DNA of 64,000 bases from the human T2T-CHM13v2.0 reference genome, Homo sapiens. Below are positions 49,263-62,654 of the stretch, in pieces. The stretch lies in assembly GCF_009914755.1 (NCBI RefSeq), contig NC_060938.1. One strand, 5' to 3'. The notes under the pieces are model-generated. The model saw nothing but the letters and a program-made list of their open reading frames with translations. It was not told the origin of the DNA and did not search any database. The position numbers and the translations under genes are program-made. The stretch's first letter is position 1, and every line of letters starts with the position of its first letter.

Positions 49263-50663
49263 AAATCATGTATGGGGGGAATTTTAAAAAGTGATCAAAT
49301 GAACAGTTATCATCTGAAGAGGGTGGATGGAATTAAGAATGAAGGTAATCAATTAAAAGGCTGCTGTAATAATCCACTGTGATAGTGGAGATGGCAAAAG
49401 TGGATGCATCTATGACTTAATATAAGTAGTACAGTTTAGAGACTAACAGTATACTATTTTAGACTCCTTCATTACATTCAGCCTCTAGTAGATGGTAGTA
49501 CTGTTACCAAAATACAGTCAGGCACCGCATAACAACGTTTCAGTCAATAACTCACCCCACATACAACAGTGGTCCCATAAGATTATAATGAAGCTGAAAT
49601 ATTCCTATAACCTAGTGATGTTGCAGCCATTTTAACATCATAGCCATTGTAACGTCATAGCACAATGCATTACTCACATGTTTATGGTGATGCTAGTGTA
49701 AACAAAGCTGTGCTGCCAGGGGTATAAAAGTGCAGCACATACAATTATGTACAGTATATAACACTGGATAATAAATGATTATGTTACTGGTTTATGTATT
49801 TACTATTATTTTAGAATGGCTTTCTACTTATTAAAAAAAAGTTAACTGTAATACAGCCTCACGTAGGTCCTTCAGGAAGTATTCCAGAAGAAGGCACTGT
49901 TATCATAGGAGATGACAGCTCCGTGCATGTTATTGCATCTAAACACCTTCCAGTGGCACAAGATGTGGAGTTAGAAGACAGTGATACAGATGATCCTGAC
50001 CCTGTGTAGGCCTAAGCTAATGGGTGTATTTATGTCTTAGCTTTTAAGAAAAAAGTTCAAAAAGTAAAAAATAAAAATGAAAACATTTTACAATAGGAAA
50101 AAAAAAGCTTATTGAATAAGGATATGAAGAAAGAAAATATTTTTGTACAGCTGTATGACGTATTTGTGTTTTAAGCCAAGGGTCAGTACAAGAGTCAAAA
50201 ACTTAAAAAGTGTATAAATTTAAAAAGTTATAGTAAGCTGAGGTTAATTTATTGTTCATTTTTAAAAATAAATTTAGTGTAGCATAAGTGTACAATGTTT
50301 ATAAAGTCTACAGTAGTGTACAGTAATGTCCTAGGCCTACACATTCACTTACCACTAACTCACTGACTCACCCAGAGCAACTTCCAGCCCTGTAAGCTGC
50401 ATTCATATTAAGTGCCCTATACAAGTGCACCATTTTTTATCTTGTATACCACATTTTTACTGTATGTTTTCTATGTTTAGATACACAAATACTTACCATC
50501 GTGTTATACTTGCACATAGCATTTGGTACAGCAGTAACATGCTGTACAGGTTTGTAGCCTAGGAGCATAGGCTATATACCATATGGCCTAGGTATGTAGT
50601 AGGCTATACCATCTAGGTTTGTGTAAATATACTCTGTAATGTTCACACACTGACACATTGTGC

Positions 50664-53600
50664 TTTTTTTGTTGTTTGTTTTGTTTTTTATTATACTTAA
50701 AGTTCTAGGATACATGTGTACAATGTGCAGGTTTGTTACATAGGTATACATGTGCCATGTTGTTTGCTGCACCCATCAACTGGACATTTACATTAGCTAT
50801 TTCTCCTAATGCTACCCCTCCCCCAGCCCCCCACCCCCTTATAGGCCCCAGTGTGTGATGTTCCCCACCCTGTGTCCATGTGTTCTCATTGTTCAACTCC
50901 CACCTATACATGAGAACATGCGGTATTTGGTTTTCGGTCCTTGTGATAGTCTGCTGAGAATGATGTTTTCCAGCTTCACCCATGTCCCTGCAAAGGACAG
51001 GAACTCATTCTTTTTTATGGCTGTGTAGTATTCCATATTGCATATGTGCCACATTTTCTTAATCCAGTCTATCATTGATAGACATTTGGGTTGCTTCCAA
51101 GTCTTTACTATTGTGAATAGTGCTGCAGTAAACATACATGTGCATTGTCTTTATAGTAGCATGGTTTATAATCCTTTGGGTATACACCCAGTAATGGGAT
51201 CGCTGGGTCAAGTAGTATTTCTAGTTCCAGATCCTTGAGGAATCGCCACACTGTCTTCCACAATGGTTGAACTAATTTACACTCCCAACAGTGTAAAAGC
51301 ATTCCTATTTCTCCACATCCTCTCCAGCATCTGTTGTTTCCTGACTTTTTAATGATCACCATTCTAACTGGTGTGAAATGGTGTCTTATTGTGGTTTTGA
51401 TTTGTGTCTCTCTAATGAGCAGTGATGATGAGTATTTTTTCATGTGTCTGTTGGCTGCATAAATGTCTTTTCAGAAGTGTCTGTTCATATCCTTCGCCCA
51501 CTTTTTGATGGTGTTGTTTGTTTTTTTCTTGTAAATTTGTTTAAGTTCTTTGTAGATTCTGGATATTAGCCCTTTGTCAGATGGGTAGATTACAAAAATG
51601 TTCTCCCATTATGTAGGTCGCCTGTTCACTCTGATGACAGTTTCTTTTGGTATGCAGAAGCTCTTTATTTAATTAGATCCCATTTGTATATTTTGGCTTT
51701 TGTTGCCATTGCTTTTGGTGTTTTAGTTATGAAGTCTTTGCCCATGCCTACGTCCTGAATGGTATTGCCTAGGTTTTCTTCTAGGGTTTTTATGGCTTTA
51801 GGTCTTACATTTAAGTCTTTAATACGCCTTGAATTAATTTTTGTATAAGGTGTAACGAAAGGATCCAGTTTCAGCTTTCTGCATATAGCTAGCCAGTTTT
51901 CCCAGCACCATTTATTACATAGGGAATCCTTTTCCCATTGCTTGTTTTTGTCAGGTTTGTCAAAGATCAGATGGTTGTAGATGTGGGGTGTTATTTCTGA
52001 GGGCTCTGTTCTGTTCCATTGGTCTATATATCTGTTTTGGTACCAGTACCATGCTGTTTTGGTTACTGTAGCCTTATAGTATAGTTTGAAGTCAGGTACT
52101 GTGATGCCTCCAGCTTCGTTCTTTTTGCTGTTTTGCTAGGATTGTCTTGGCTATGGGGGCTCTTTTTTGGTTCCATATGAACTTTAAAGTAGTTTTTCCA
52201 ATTCTGTGAAGAAAGTCATTGGTAGCTTGATGGGGATAGCAATGAATCTATAAATTACGTTGGGCAGTATGGGCATTTTCATGATACTGCTTCTTCCTAT
52301 CCATGAGCATGGAATGTTCTTCCATTTGTTTGTGTCCTCTTTTATTTCATTGAGCAGTGGTTTGTAGTTCTCCTTGAAGAGGTCCTTCACATCCCTTGTA
52401 AGTTGGATTCTTAGGTATTTTATTCTCTTTGTAACAATTGTGAATGGGAATTCACTCATGATTTGCCTCTCTGTTTGTCTGTTATTGGTGTATAGGAATG
52501 CTTGTGATTTTTGCACATTGATTTTGTATCCTGAGACTTTGCTGAAGTTGCTTGTCAGCTTAAGGAGATTTTGGGCTGAGACGATGGGGTTTTCTAAATA
52601 TACAATCATGTCATCTGCAAACAGGGACAATTTGACTTCCTCTTTTCCAATTGAATACCCTTTATTTCTTTCTCTTGCCTGATTGCCCTGGCCAGAATTT
52701 CCAACACTATGTTGAATAGGAGTGGTGAGAGAGAGCATCCTTGTCTTGTACCGATTTTCAAAGGGAGTGCTTCTAGTTTTTGCCCATTCAGTATGATACT
52801 GGCTGTGGGTTTGTAATAAATAGCTCTTATTATTTTGAGATATGTTGCATCAATTCCTAGTTTATTGAGAGTTTTTAGCGTGAAGGGCTGTTGAATTTAA
52901 TCGAAGGCCTTTTCTGCATCTATTGAGATTATCATGTGGTTTTTGTCATTGGTTCTGTTTATGTGATGGATTATGTTTATTGATTTGCATATGTTAAACC
53001 AGCCTTGCATCCCAGGGATGAAGCCGAGTTGATTGTGGTGGATAAGCTTTTTGATGTGCTGCTGGATTCAGTTTGCCAGTATTTTATTGAGTATTTTCAC
53101 ATCTATGTTTATTAGGGATATTGATCTAAAATTTTCCTTTTTTGTTGTGTCTCTGCCAGGCCTTTGTGTCGGGATGATGCTGGCCCCATAAAATGAGTTA
53201 GGGAGGAGTCCCTCTTTTTCTATGGATTGGAATAGTTCAGAAGGAATGGTAGCAGCTCCTCTTTGTACCTCTGGTAGAATTCGGCTGTGAATCCATCTGG
53301 TCCTGGACGTTTTTTGGTTAGTAGGCTATTAATTATTGCCTCAATTTCAGAACCTGTTATTGATCTATTCAGAGATTCAACTTCTTCCTGGTTTAGTCTT
53401 GGGAGGGTGTATGTGTCCAGGAATTTATCCATTTCTTCTGGATTTTCTAGTTTATTTGCATAGAGGTGTTTATAGTATTCTCTGATGGTAGTTTGTAATT
53501 CTGTGGGATCGGCGATGATATCCCCTTTATCATTTTTTGTTGCATCTATTTGATTCTTCTCTCTTTTCTTCTTTATTAGTCTTGCTAGTGGTCTCTCTAT

Positions 53601-56600
53601 TTTGTTGATCTTTCAAAAAATCAGCTCCTGGATTCATTGATTTTTTGAAGAGTTTTTCATGTCTCTGTCTCCCTCAGTTCTGCTCTGATCTTTGTTGTTT
53701 CTTGCCTTCTGCTAGCTTTTGAATTTGTTTGCTCTTGCTTCTCTAGTTCTTTTAATTGTGATGTTAGGGTGTCCATTTTAGATCTTTCCTGCTTTCTCTT
53801 GTGGAATTTAGTGCTGTAAATTTCCCTCTACACACTGCTTTAAATGTGTCCCAGAAATTCTGGTACGATGTGTCTTTGTTCTCATTGGTTTCAAAGAACA
53901 TCTTTATTTCTGCCTTCATTTCATTATTTACCCAGTAGTCATTCAGGAGCAGGTTGTTCAATTTCCATGTAGTTGTGCAGTTCTGAGTGAGTTTCTTAAT
54001 CCTGAGATTGATTGCCCTGTGGTCTGAGACACAGTTTGTTGTCATTTGTGTTCTTTTACATTTGTTCAGGAGTGTTTCACTTCCAATTATGTGGTCAATT
54101 TTAGAATAAGTGTGATGTGGTGCTGAGAAAAAGGTATATTCTGTTGATTTGGGATGGAGAGTTCTGTAGATGTCTATTAGGTCTGCTTGGTGCAGAGCTG
54201 AATTCAAGTCCTGGATATCCTTGTTAACCTTCTGTCCCGTTGATCTGGCTAATATTGACAGTGGGGTGTTAAAGTCTCCGATTATTGGGAGTCTAAGTCT
54301 CTTTGTAGATCTCTAAGGACTTGCTTTATGAGTCTGGGTGCTTCTGTATTGGGTGCATATATATTTAGGATAGTTAGCTCTTCTTGTTGAATTGATCCCT
54401 TTACCATTCAGTAATGGCCTTCTTTGTCTCTTTTGATCTTTGTTGGTTTAAAGTCTGTTTTATCAGAGACTATGATTGCAACCCCTGCTTTTTTTTGCTT
54501 TCCATTTGCTTGGTAGATCTTCCTCCATCCCTTTTTTTTGAGCCTATGTGTGTCTCTGCACATGAGATGGGTCTCCTGAATGCAGCACACCAATGGGTCT
54601 TGACTCTTTATCCAGTTTGCCAGTCTGTGTCTTTTAACTGGGGGCATTTAGCCCATTTACATTTAAGGTTAATATTGTTATGTGTGAATTTGATCCTGTC
54701 ATTATGATGTTAGCTGGTTATTTTGCCCGTTAATTGATGCAGTTACTTCATAGCATTGATGATCTGTATAATTTGGCATGTTTTTGCAGTGGCTGGTACC
54801 GGTGTTTCTTTCCATGTTTAGTGCTTCCTTCAGGAGCTCTTGTAAGGCAGGCCTGGTGGAGACAAAATCTCTCAGCATTTGCTTGTCTGTAAAGGATTTT
54901 ATTTCTCCTTCGCTTATGAAGCTTAGTTTGTCTGGATATGAAATTCTGGGTTGAAAATTCTTTTCTTTAAGAATGTTGAATATTGAACCCCACTCTTTTC
55001 TGGTTTGTGGGGTTTCTGCCGAGAGATCCCCTGTTAGTCTGATGGGCTTCCCTTCGTGGGTAACCCGACCTTTCTCTCTGGCTGCCCTTAACATTTTTTC
55101 CTTCATTTCAACCTTGGTGAATCTGACAATTATGTGTCTTGGGGTTCCTCTTCTTGAGGAGTATCTTTGTGGTGTTCTCTGAATTTCCTGGATTTGAATG
55201 TTGGCCTGCCTTGCTAGGTTGTGGAAGTTCTCCTGGATAATATCCTGAAGAGTGTTTTCTAACTTGGTTCCATTCTCCCCATCACTTTCAGGTACAACAA
55301 TCAAACATAGATTTGGTCTTTTCACATAGTCCCATATTTCTTGGAGGCTTTTTTCATTTCTTTTTACTCTTTTTTCTCTAATCTTGTCTCCTCGCTCTGT
55401 TTTATTAATTTATCTTGAATCACTGATATCCTTTCTTCCACTTGATTGAATCGGCTATTGAAGCTTGTGCATGCATCACGAAGTTCTCATGCTGTGGTTT
55501 TCAGCTCCATCAGGTCATTTAAGGTCTTCTCTACACTGTTTATTCTAGTTAGCCATTCGCCTGACCTTTTTTCAAGGTTTTTTGCTTTCTTGCATTGGGT
55601 TAGAACATGCTCCTTTAGCTCGGAGAAGTTTGATTACTGACCTTTTGAAGCCTACTTCTGTCAACTCGTCAAACTCGTTCTCCATCCAGTTTTGTTCCAT
55701 TGCTGGCAAGGATCTGCTATCCTTTGGAGGAGAAGAGGCAGTCTGGTTTTTGGAATTTTCAGCTTTTGTGTTCTGGTTTCTCCCCATTTTTGTGGTTTTA
55801 TTTACCTTTGGTCTTTGATGTTGGTGACCTACAGATGGGGTTTTGGTGTGGATGTCCTTTTTGTTGATGTTGATGCTATTCCTTTCTGTTTATTAGTTTT
55901 CCTTCTAACAGTCAGGCCTCTCAACTGTAGGTCTGTTGGAGTTTGCTAGAGGTCCACTTCAGAACCTATTTGCCTGGGTATCACCAGGGGAGGCTGCAGA
56001 ACAGCAAATATTGCTGCTTGGTCCTTCCTCTGGATGCTTCGTCCCAGAGGGGCACCCGCCTGTATGAGGTGTCTGTCGGCCCCTACTGGGAGGTGTCTCC
56101 CAGTCAGGCTACACGGGTCAGGGACCCACTTGAGGAGGCAGTCTGTCCGTTCTCAGAGCTCAAACTCCGTGCTGGGAGAATCACTGCTCTCTTCCGAGCT
56201 GTTAGACAGGGACATTTAAGTCTGCAGAAGTTGTCTGCTGCCTTTTGTTCAGCTATGCCCTGCCCACAGAGGTGGCGTCTAGCGAGGCGGTAGGCCTTGC
56301 TGAGCTGCGGTGGGCTCTGCCCAGTTCGAGCTTCCTGGCTGGTTTGTTTACCTATTCAAGCCTCAACAATGGTGGATGCCCCTCCCCCTGCTGGGCTGCA
56401 GTGTTGCAGGTGGATCTCAGACTGCTGCGCTAGCATTGAGCAAGGCTCTGTGGGCGTGGGACCCACCAAGCCAGGCACAGGAGGGAATCTCCTGGTCTGC
56501 CAGTTGCTGAGACTGTGGGAAAAGTGCAGTATTTGGACGAGAGTGTACCATTCCTCCAGGTACAGTCTGTCACGGCTTCCCTTGCTTAGGAAAGGGAAAT

Positions 56601-56807
56601 TCCCCAACCCCTTGTGCTTCCCAGGTGAGGCGACACCCTGCCCTGCTTCAGCTCACCCTCCATGGGCTGCACCCACTGTCCAACCAGTCCCAATGAGATG
56701 AACCAGGTACCTCAATTGGAAATGCAGAAATCACCTGTCTTCTGCGTCAACCTTGCTAGGTGCTGCAGACTGGAGCTGTTCCTATTTGGCCATCTTGGAA
56801 GGAACCC
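50664..56807 (-). mobile_element. Full-length L1PA (about L1PA6-7-age), ORFs disrupted, antisense to GPR137C
   Basis: T-rich tail at left; ORF2 and ORF1 fragments on the minus strand; 5'UTR ends 'gagctgttcctatttggccatcttggaagg'. Confidence 0.96.
56369..56701 (+). CDS. L1 ORF0 homologue (antisense-promoter ORF), open, 110 aa; expression unproven
   Basis: MVDAPPPAGLQCCRWISDCCASIEQGSVGVGPTKPG resembles primate L1 ORF0 (MAGAPPPASLPPCSLISDCCAS...SVGVGPSEPG); acaATGG Kozak. Confidence 0.6.
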   Translation: MVDAPPPAGLQCCRWISDCCASIEQGSVGVGPTKPGTGGNLLVCQLLRLWEKCSIWTRVYHSSRYSLSRLPLLRKGKFPNPLCFPGEATPCPASAHPPWAAPTVQPVPMR

Positions 56808-58114
56808 ATCTTATATCTCCAAATGGTGCGTTTGTAACAATGCATTTCTCAGAACATATATCTCTGTCATTAAGCGACACGTGGCTGTACAGTAGGTATG
56901 AGTAGATGCACAGGCATCTATCTTTGCCTGATGATTCACCTGCCTAACACCAATTTACTCTTCATAAGTTGGCTCAAATATTATGAGAAGTCCTCCCTGA
57001 CGCTCCAGACAGTTTTTCCCCTTACCTCATACCCTTTCTTGGAGTGAATTAGTCTTTTCTCCTTCTAGATTTTGTGATAGCATATTTTGCATTTATATCA
57101 CAATGTATCAAAATAGATGGTTTTTCTGTTCTTTCATACTCTGAGCTCCTAGAGAGCAGAAACCGTGGTCATGTTTATGAATCCATAGCACCTTTCATAG
57201 AGTGTGATATATAATAGGCACTTGGTAAATGTTTAAATGAAATCAGTGAGTTACCATGTACCTTCACTATTTTTCTTCATAATGTACTTTCTTCTTTCTT
57301 TCCAGGTCCCCAAACTTCATACTCTACTTCAATAGTCCTGTAACTGGTCTTTCTACTTTTATTTTGTAGTTCCTCTGTAGTAGCCTGTACACTAATGTCA
57401 GATTAGTGAAATTCCATATTTTGGAATAGCTGTATAAAAACTTTCAATATCTTCCCATTATCTAAAGAATAATTTAAAGTTCACCAGTAAGGACTTGAGA
57501 TCCTTAATACTATGTTCGCAGAATATACCATGTTTATTTCAAATTTGGTTTACCTACTCACCTGACTTTATTCAACAAGTATCTGAGCACCTGCCTTTTG
57601 TAAGGCTTTATAAAAGAAGAAAGTTTACTAAATATGATATATCCTCATTATCTTTGTGTTCACTTTTGGTACCTCATTTCGCTTTACTAATTCATTTCAT
57701 TACTGAAGAAAATAGTCTTTGGAGAATACTCAGCCATATTCATATTTAAGCAAGAAGTTCCATTTTAGAATAAAACATGACTAATATAATGAAGTTTAGG
57801 ATAGGTGGCAAGCCATTCAGCACAATGTCTGCCTCATAATACAAGTACAGTATATGTTTAAACTGAATTAATTCTGTTTAAATCTTTAAAGATAGAAATG
57901 TAGGTTTATGTTGATAACAAAGAAAGTTATTGATTTATTGTTTTAAGCCTTTGGAAACCTGTCTCTTAGTTTATGGTAGCTCAACTGTTAACATTTCAAC
58001 TTTGCGTGCTATATGTTATTTATAGTGGTAGCACTTTAAAACACAAAATCAGAACATATTTAAGAATTCTATATTACACGTTTTCAAAATTTTTTTTTTA
58101 TATTCTCTTTATAG

Positions 58115-58158
58115 GTTATATGTAAAGTCAGATGTGCCACTGAACTTGACAGACACAA
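58115..58158 (+). CDS. GPR137C: GPR137C exon 2 (44 nt; VICKVRCATELDRH(K))
   Basis: Long T tract, atag acceptor, CAA|GTAAGT donor; continues the exon 1 frame. Confidence 0.94.
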
Positions 58159-59265
58159 GTAAGTTTTATGAGTATCTAAATTTCTATCTAAAAGATCTAA
58201 AGCATTAATTCATTAATATTAAGGCTTAGTATCTAAAAGATCTAATTTTTTTTAATAGTAGACTTCTCGTGGTAGAAGGGAGTGGTTGTTGAGGGCACCT
58301 TCACAGTTTTATAGAAAACCAAGTTGTTAGATTGGTTCAAAGGAATCAAATTGAGTAGCCCACATTTCTCTCCCTTCAGCCATACAGCTGACTAATTTTT
58401 TGTTTTTTTGCTGCTCTGTCCCTGCTTCAAATGTTAGATCTAACTTCATAGGGTCCACTTTTGCCAAAGTTAGATTATGCTGTTTGGAGTGAGAATGTTC
58501 CATGAAATAGGTAATATTTCAGTACTGATCAATCTCAATAGCGAGAGTGCTAAGCTGTGGAGTCAGGAGATTGGGGTTTCCAACCCAATTTTCCCACTAA
58601 CTTGCTGACTGTGCAATTCATGTACCCTCTACTAGTTTCTAAACTACTCTAATTATCTGGATATGTAGGTGATTTCAAGATCCTTTTTGGGTTTCAAACT
58701 ATGTAATTACTGTTTTTATTATTTAATCTGAGAGAACTTCAAAATACAACCTTTTAAAACTAAAATCTTTTTGCTTTGCATGTACACTAAGCAGTTTTGT
58801 TTGCTTGTTACAGATTGCACATTACCTTCAATTTACCTTGTTTAAACCATTTCCAAAGGCAGCTACTTTCTGATTTCCACTATTGAAATGACCCAATATA
58901 TCAGGAAGCCAGATAAATTTCAGCATCATATGTATTTAATTTGGAAGTATAAATGTGTTTGAACTGGGATTACGTTCGTGCAGATAGTTGTTACTGCTAC
59001 TTGATACACATAGCAGCCTTAACTGAAGAGTTCTTATGAGGTAGCCTAAATTTTCTTAGGGGGAAGAGATAAAGGAGTTCATGTGCAGAGTTTCTCTTCA
59101 TGCACAGTAAATATGCAACTTTTTAAGAACATGAGGTATTAATGGGTGCTTGAAGCTCTACATATACTGTCCCTATGTTCTTCTTTAGTCAAGTTTGAAA
59201 GCATTTTTTGCTACAATCAGAAGTTCATAAGGAATATTGTTTAAAACATACTTTAACTCTTAAAA

Positions 59266-59576
59266 ATTTTTTTTTCCTTTTTTTTTTTTTTTTATTGATA
59301 CAGTCTCACAGTCTCACCCAGGCTGGAGTGCAGTGGCGCTGTCTTGGCTCACTGCAACCTCCATCTCCTAGATTCAAGTGATTCTTGTGCCTCAGCCTCC
59401 TGAATAGCTGGGACTACAGGCGTGTGCCGCCATACCCAGCTAATTTTTGTATTTTTAGTAGAGATGAGGTTTCTCCATGTTGGCCAGGCTGGTCTCGAAC
59501 TCCTGGCCTCAAGTGATCTGCCTGCCTCGGCCTCCCAAAGTTCTGAGATTACAGGCATGAGCCGCCATGCCTGGCC
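59266..59576 (-). mobile_element. Alu
   Basis: TSD TAACTCTTAAAA. Confidence 0.94.
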
Positions 59577-59955
59577 TAACTCTTAAAATTAATATTTTAA
59601 TCAATTAAAATTTAATCAATATGAATTTAGATACAGTATATTAATTTTCAGGCACATTGTAAAAGCCTGATAATTCTTGGATTGGAAAGGTTAATGTAAA
59701 TATGCTTAATAGTTATAAAAATGAAAAATTTGGGATTACTTGAAATAGTGTTAAGATAGTCCTATCTTATTCCTGGTGGAGAAACTGAGTTCAAGTCAAC
59801 CTGAGACTATTTCTGAATAAATGCTTAAAAATCTATGCCATTCATAAACATTTCAAACTGAAGGAATTCTTGTACCTAACATAACACACTAATGCAGAAT
59901 TAAATTTGATTTCTTATTAGTTATATAACCATCTAATATACTTTTTTTCTTTCAG

Positions 59956-60184
59956 AATTCTACTGCATTTGGGCTTTATAATGGCAAGCCTGCTCTTTTT
60001 AGTGGTGAACTTGACTTGCGCAATGCTAGTTCATGGAGATGTCCCAGAAAATCAGTTGAAGTGGACTGTGTTTGTTCGAGCATTAATTAATGATAGCCTG
60101 TTTATTCTTTGTGCCATCTCTTTAGTGTGTTACATATGCAAAATTACAAAAATGTCATCAGCTAATGTCTACCTCGAATCAAAG
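59956..60184 (+). CDS. GPR137C: GPR137C exon 3 (229 nt; [13 protein letters not shown]...[12 protein letters not shown])
   Basis: ttttctttcag acceptor, AAG|GTAAGA donor; 444+44+229=717 nt in frame; family motif [12 protein letters not shown]. Confidence 0.96.
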
Positions 60185-60271
60185 GTAAGAATATTTCTTA
60201 AATTGGCACTTGAAAATCTAATTTCAAATTCTTACCCTACTAATCATATTTTAATGGAAAGTTTATATTGC

Positions 60272-60440
60272 TATTTTATTTTATTTTATTTTATTTTATT
60301 TGAGACAGGGTCTCGCCATATTAGTCAGGCTAGAGTGCAATGGCTATTCACAGATGCAATCATTGTGCAGTACAGCCTTGAGCTTTTGGGCTCAAGTGAT
60401 CCTCTGCCTCAACCTCCCAGGTAGCTGGGACTACAGGCAT
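60272..60440 (-). mobile_element. Alu monomer (FLAM-like) with (TTTTA)n tail
   Basis: Reverse single arm. Confidence 0.8.
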
Positions 60441-61320
60441 ATTGCTTTTTTAAAAAATATCCTGAATGACAGTTACACTTTGAGCGTGAAAGAATAATCA
60501 CTAGAAATTAAAAGTTATTCAGTATTTGGTCCTTACTAAACAATGGTTTAAAGAAAAGAAGAAAGAATATACTAAGCATGTTGTATTTTCTGTGATTCTG
60601 CATTGGAGGCTAATCACATGAAATAAATCAGAATATATATGAATGGATCAAAAATAGTCTATAATATAAAATCATGCTAGCATCTTAAGATTTTGCACAA
60701 TAAGGGTGGCAGGGTTAGCAATGTTAAGATGTCATATAGGTAAAAGTGGTTTTTATTTGTATAAAGGTTAGAAAATGTTACTTCACCCAATAATATGAAG
60801 GCTGTATGATATTTGAAACAACTAATTGTGTAGCAAAATTTATAAATGCCTTGCTTCTCCCTTGCCTTATACTTTGGATCAACAAACAGAAGCCAAATAG
60901 TAGCCCATTAACAAAGAAACATGGAAGTTTCTACCATTGTTGATTGACCATGTGATTGAGTAGAAAATTGATCATCACAGTTTATGTGTGGCATTGGGTG
61001 TGAGGGGGTAGATATGTGGATATTGGGGTATGGGTATGTACATAAATACATTTTTACAATCACTTCCACAGGAGAGCTTGTCTTCTTGCTTTAATTTGAC
61101 ATCATTGCCTATTCACTAATAATAAGTTGAGATAGTATCTTAGTTAAAATAGTCCTCTGAAATATTTTTAGGCTTCTATATTTTCGTTATCCTTAATATA
61201 GTCCTAGTAAAGTAAGGTACTATAATTAAATATATGGTAATCAACTTGTCCTTTAAATGTAGGCAGAGATTTTAATTTTACTTTTTAAATATATTTCAGT
61301 GGAATGCTGGGGGAGATATT

Positions 61321-61321
61321 A

Positions 61322-61353
<32 letters not shown>

Positions 61354-61370
61354 GAGAGAGAGAGAGAGAA
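61321..61370. repeat. Compound microsatellite (TG)n(TA)n(GA)n
   Basis: Direct reading. Confidence 0.95.
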
Positions 61371-62654
61371 GAGAAGAGACAAAGAAAATCAGACTTTCAA
61401 ACTTATTAATCTTACCTGGAAAATTATTTTATTAAATTTCTAGTCTAGTTTGCTCCTAACATTTAAATATTTTAGCTAATTCAGGCTTTGGTTTGACTGT
61501 TAAAAATAATACTGTCACTGTTACAGTCCATAATCTTTTGGTAGGAGCAATGGCATCTTTATTTAGTATAATAACATCACTATAGAATTCATACCTGTTG
61601 CTTGTCTAGGGATAAAGCATAAATAGATGTTGAATTTCAAGTGCTTCTTCTCTAGATACCTAGTGTATTTCTAAGTTTGGTTTTTTACTCGCTTTGAAAT
61701 AGATAATACTCTGAATAAAAGTCACCAATCTGAGAAGAAAATTTCATTTACTAAATCCTCCAGAATTATTAGAACACCATTCCCTTACTATCATATGAAA
61801 GGTATTCACTTATTTATTATTATTTAAAGTTTTAAATTTAAAAGCTGTATGGATTCGGAATTATCTAGGAATACTGCAGATATACATGTTCAGACGTGTT
61901 CACCTATGAAGGTAGATGACATACTAGATGATTTGTTTAATATTGTAATGTTAAGTAGTTCCCAGTCTTCCTAACTAGATTATAAACTTCTGTATTCAAA
62001 GAGCATGTCATCTTGCTTTCATGTTCTTGTATAATCACTAGACTCATTTTTGACTTTTGACTTCTATAACAGTGTACAATAATAGTCATTCCTTTTATTC
62101 AATCAACAAGTGTTTATTGAGCATCTACCTCTTTCACTTTCTGGGGTTTTTTTGGTTGTTTCTGTCCCTCTCTCTCTCTCTCCCTCTCAATACCTTTGTT
62201 ACGCTTTCACTATCAAACTGACCCTGTTTCTTGTCTTTAAGAGCATTTCCTTAAAGTTCAGACTTTGGTCTTCTGTCTTCCTCTTTTCATTCTTTCTTCC
62301 TTCCTTTACATGTTCTGTGACAATAAGATCCTCTGTAATTTGTCTCAACCAATCTTACCTTCCTTATTTCCAAATAAAACACAGTATGCCCTCTATCTCT
62401 GTATTCTTAGGCTGTTTTATTATCCAGGAACGGCTTTCCTCTCACACATCTCTATCTGATTGTTCATGTCTTATCTAACTTTAAAGACCTCACTTAATCT
62501 TTCCCCTTTTTATGAACTCAATTTGATCCCTTCTCCCCCAACTCTAAAATAAAATTTAGAAATAACTCACTATCTGAATTATCTTAAAATTTTATTTATT
62601 TCTCTTGGGGCACTTATCAGTTTATACAAAGTGGCATTTGTATGTGCCATCTAA

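Larger units (their letters stand above)
49515..56887. mobile_element. Tigger3b/Golem-type DNA transposon split by a full-length L1
   Basis: TA TSDs at 49513-14 and 56888-89; degenerate TIRs CAGTCAGGCACCGCATAAC / TTAAGCGACACGTGGCTG; about 1.15 kb left of the L1 and about 70 bp right. Confidence 0.85.

Noticed and set aside
60185-60424. Read-through of the exon 3 ORF into the intron and FLAM
   Set aside because: Consensus AAG|GTAAGA donor at 60185; the extension is repeat-derived
59266-60440. Alu pair flanking exon 3 as a circRNA driver
   Set aside because: Both elements are on the minus strand, so they cannot pair
62110-62478. Hydrophobic 122-aa ORF
   Set aside because: Arises from T/C-rich low-complexity intronic sequence; GTG start, no family resemblance
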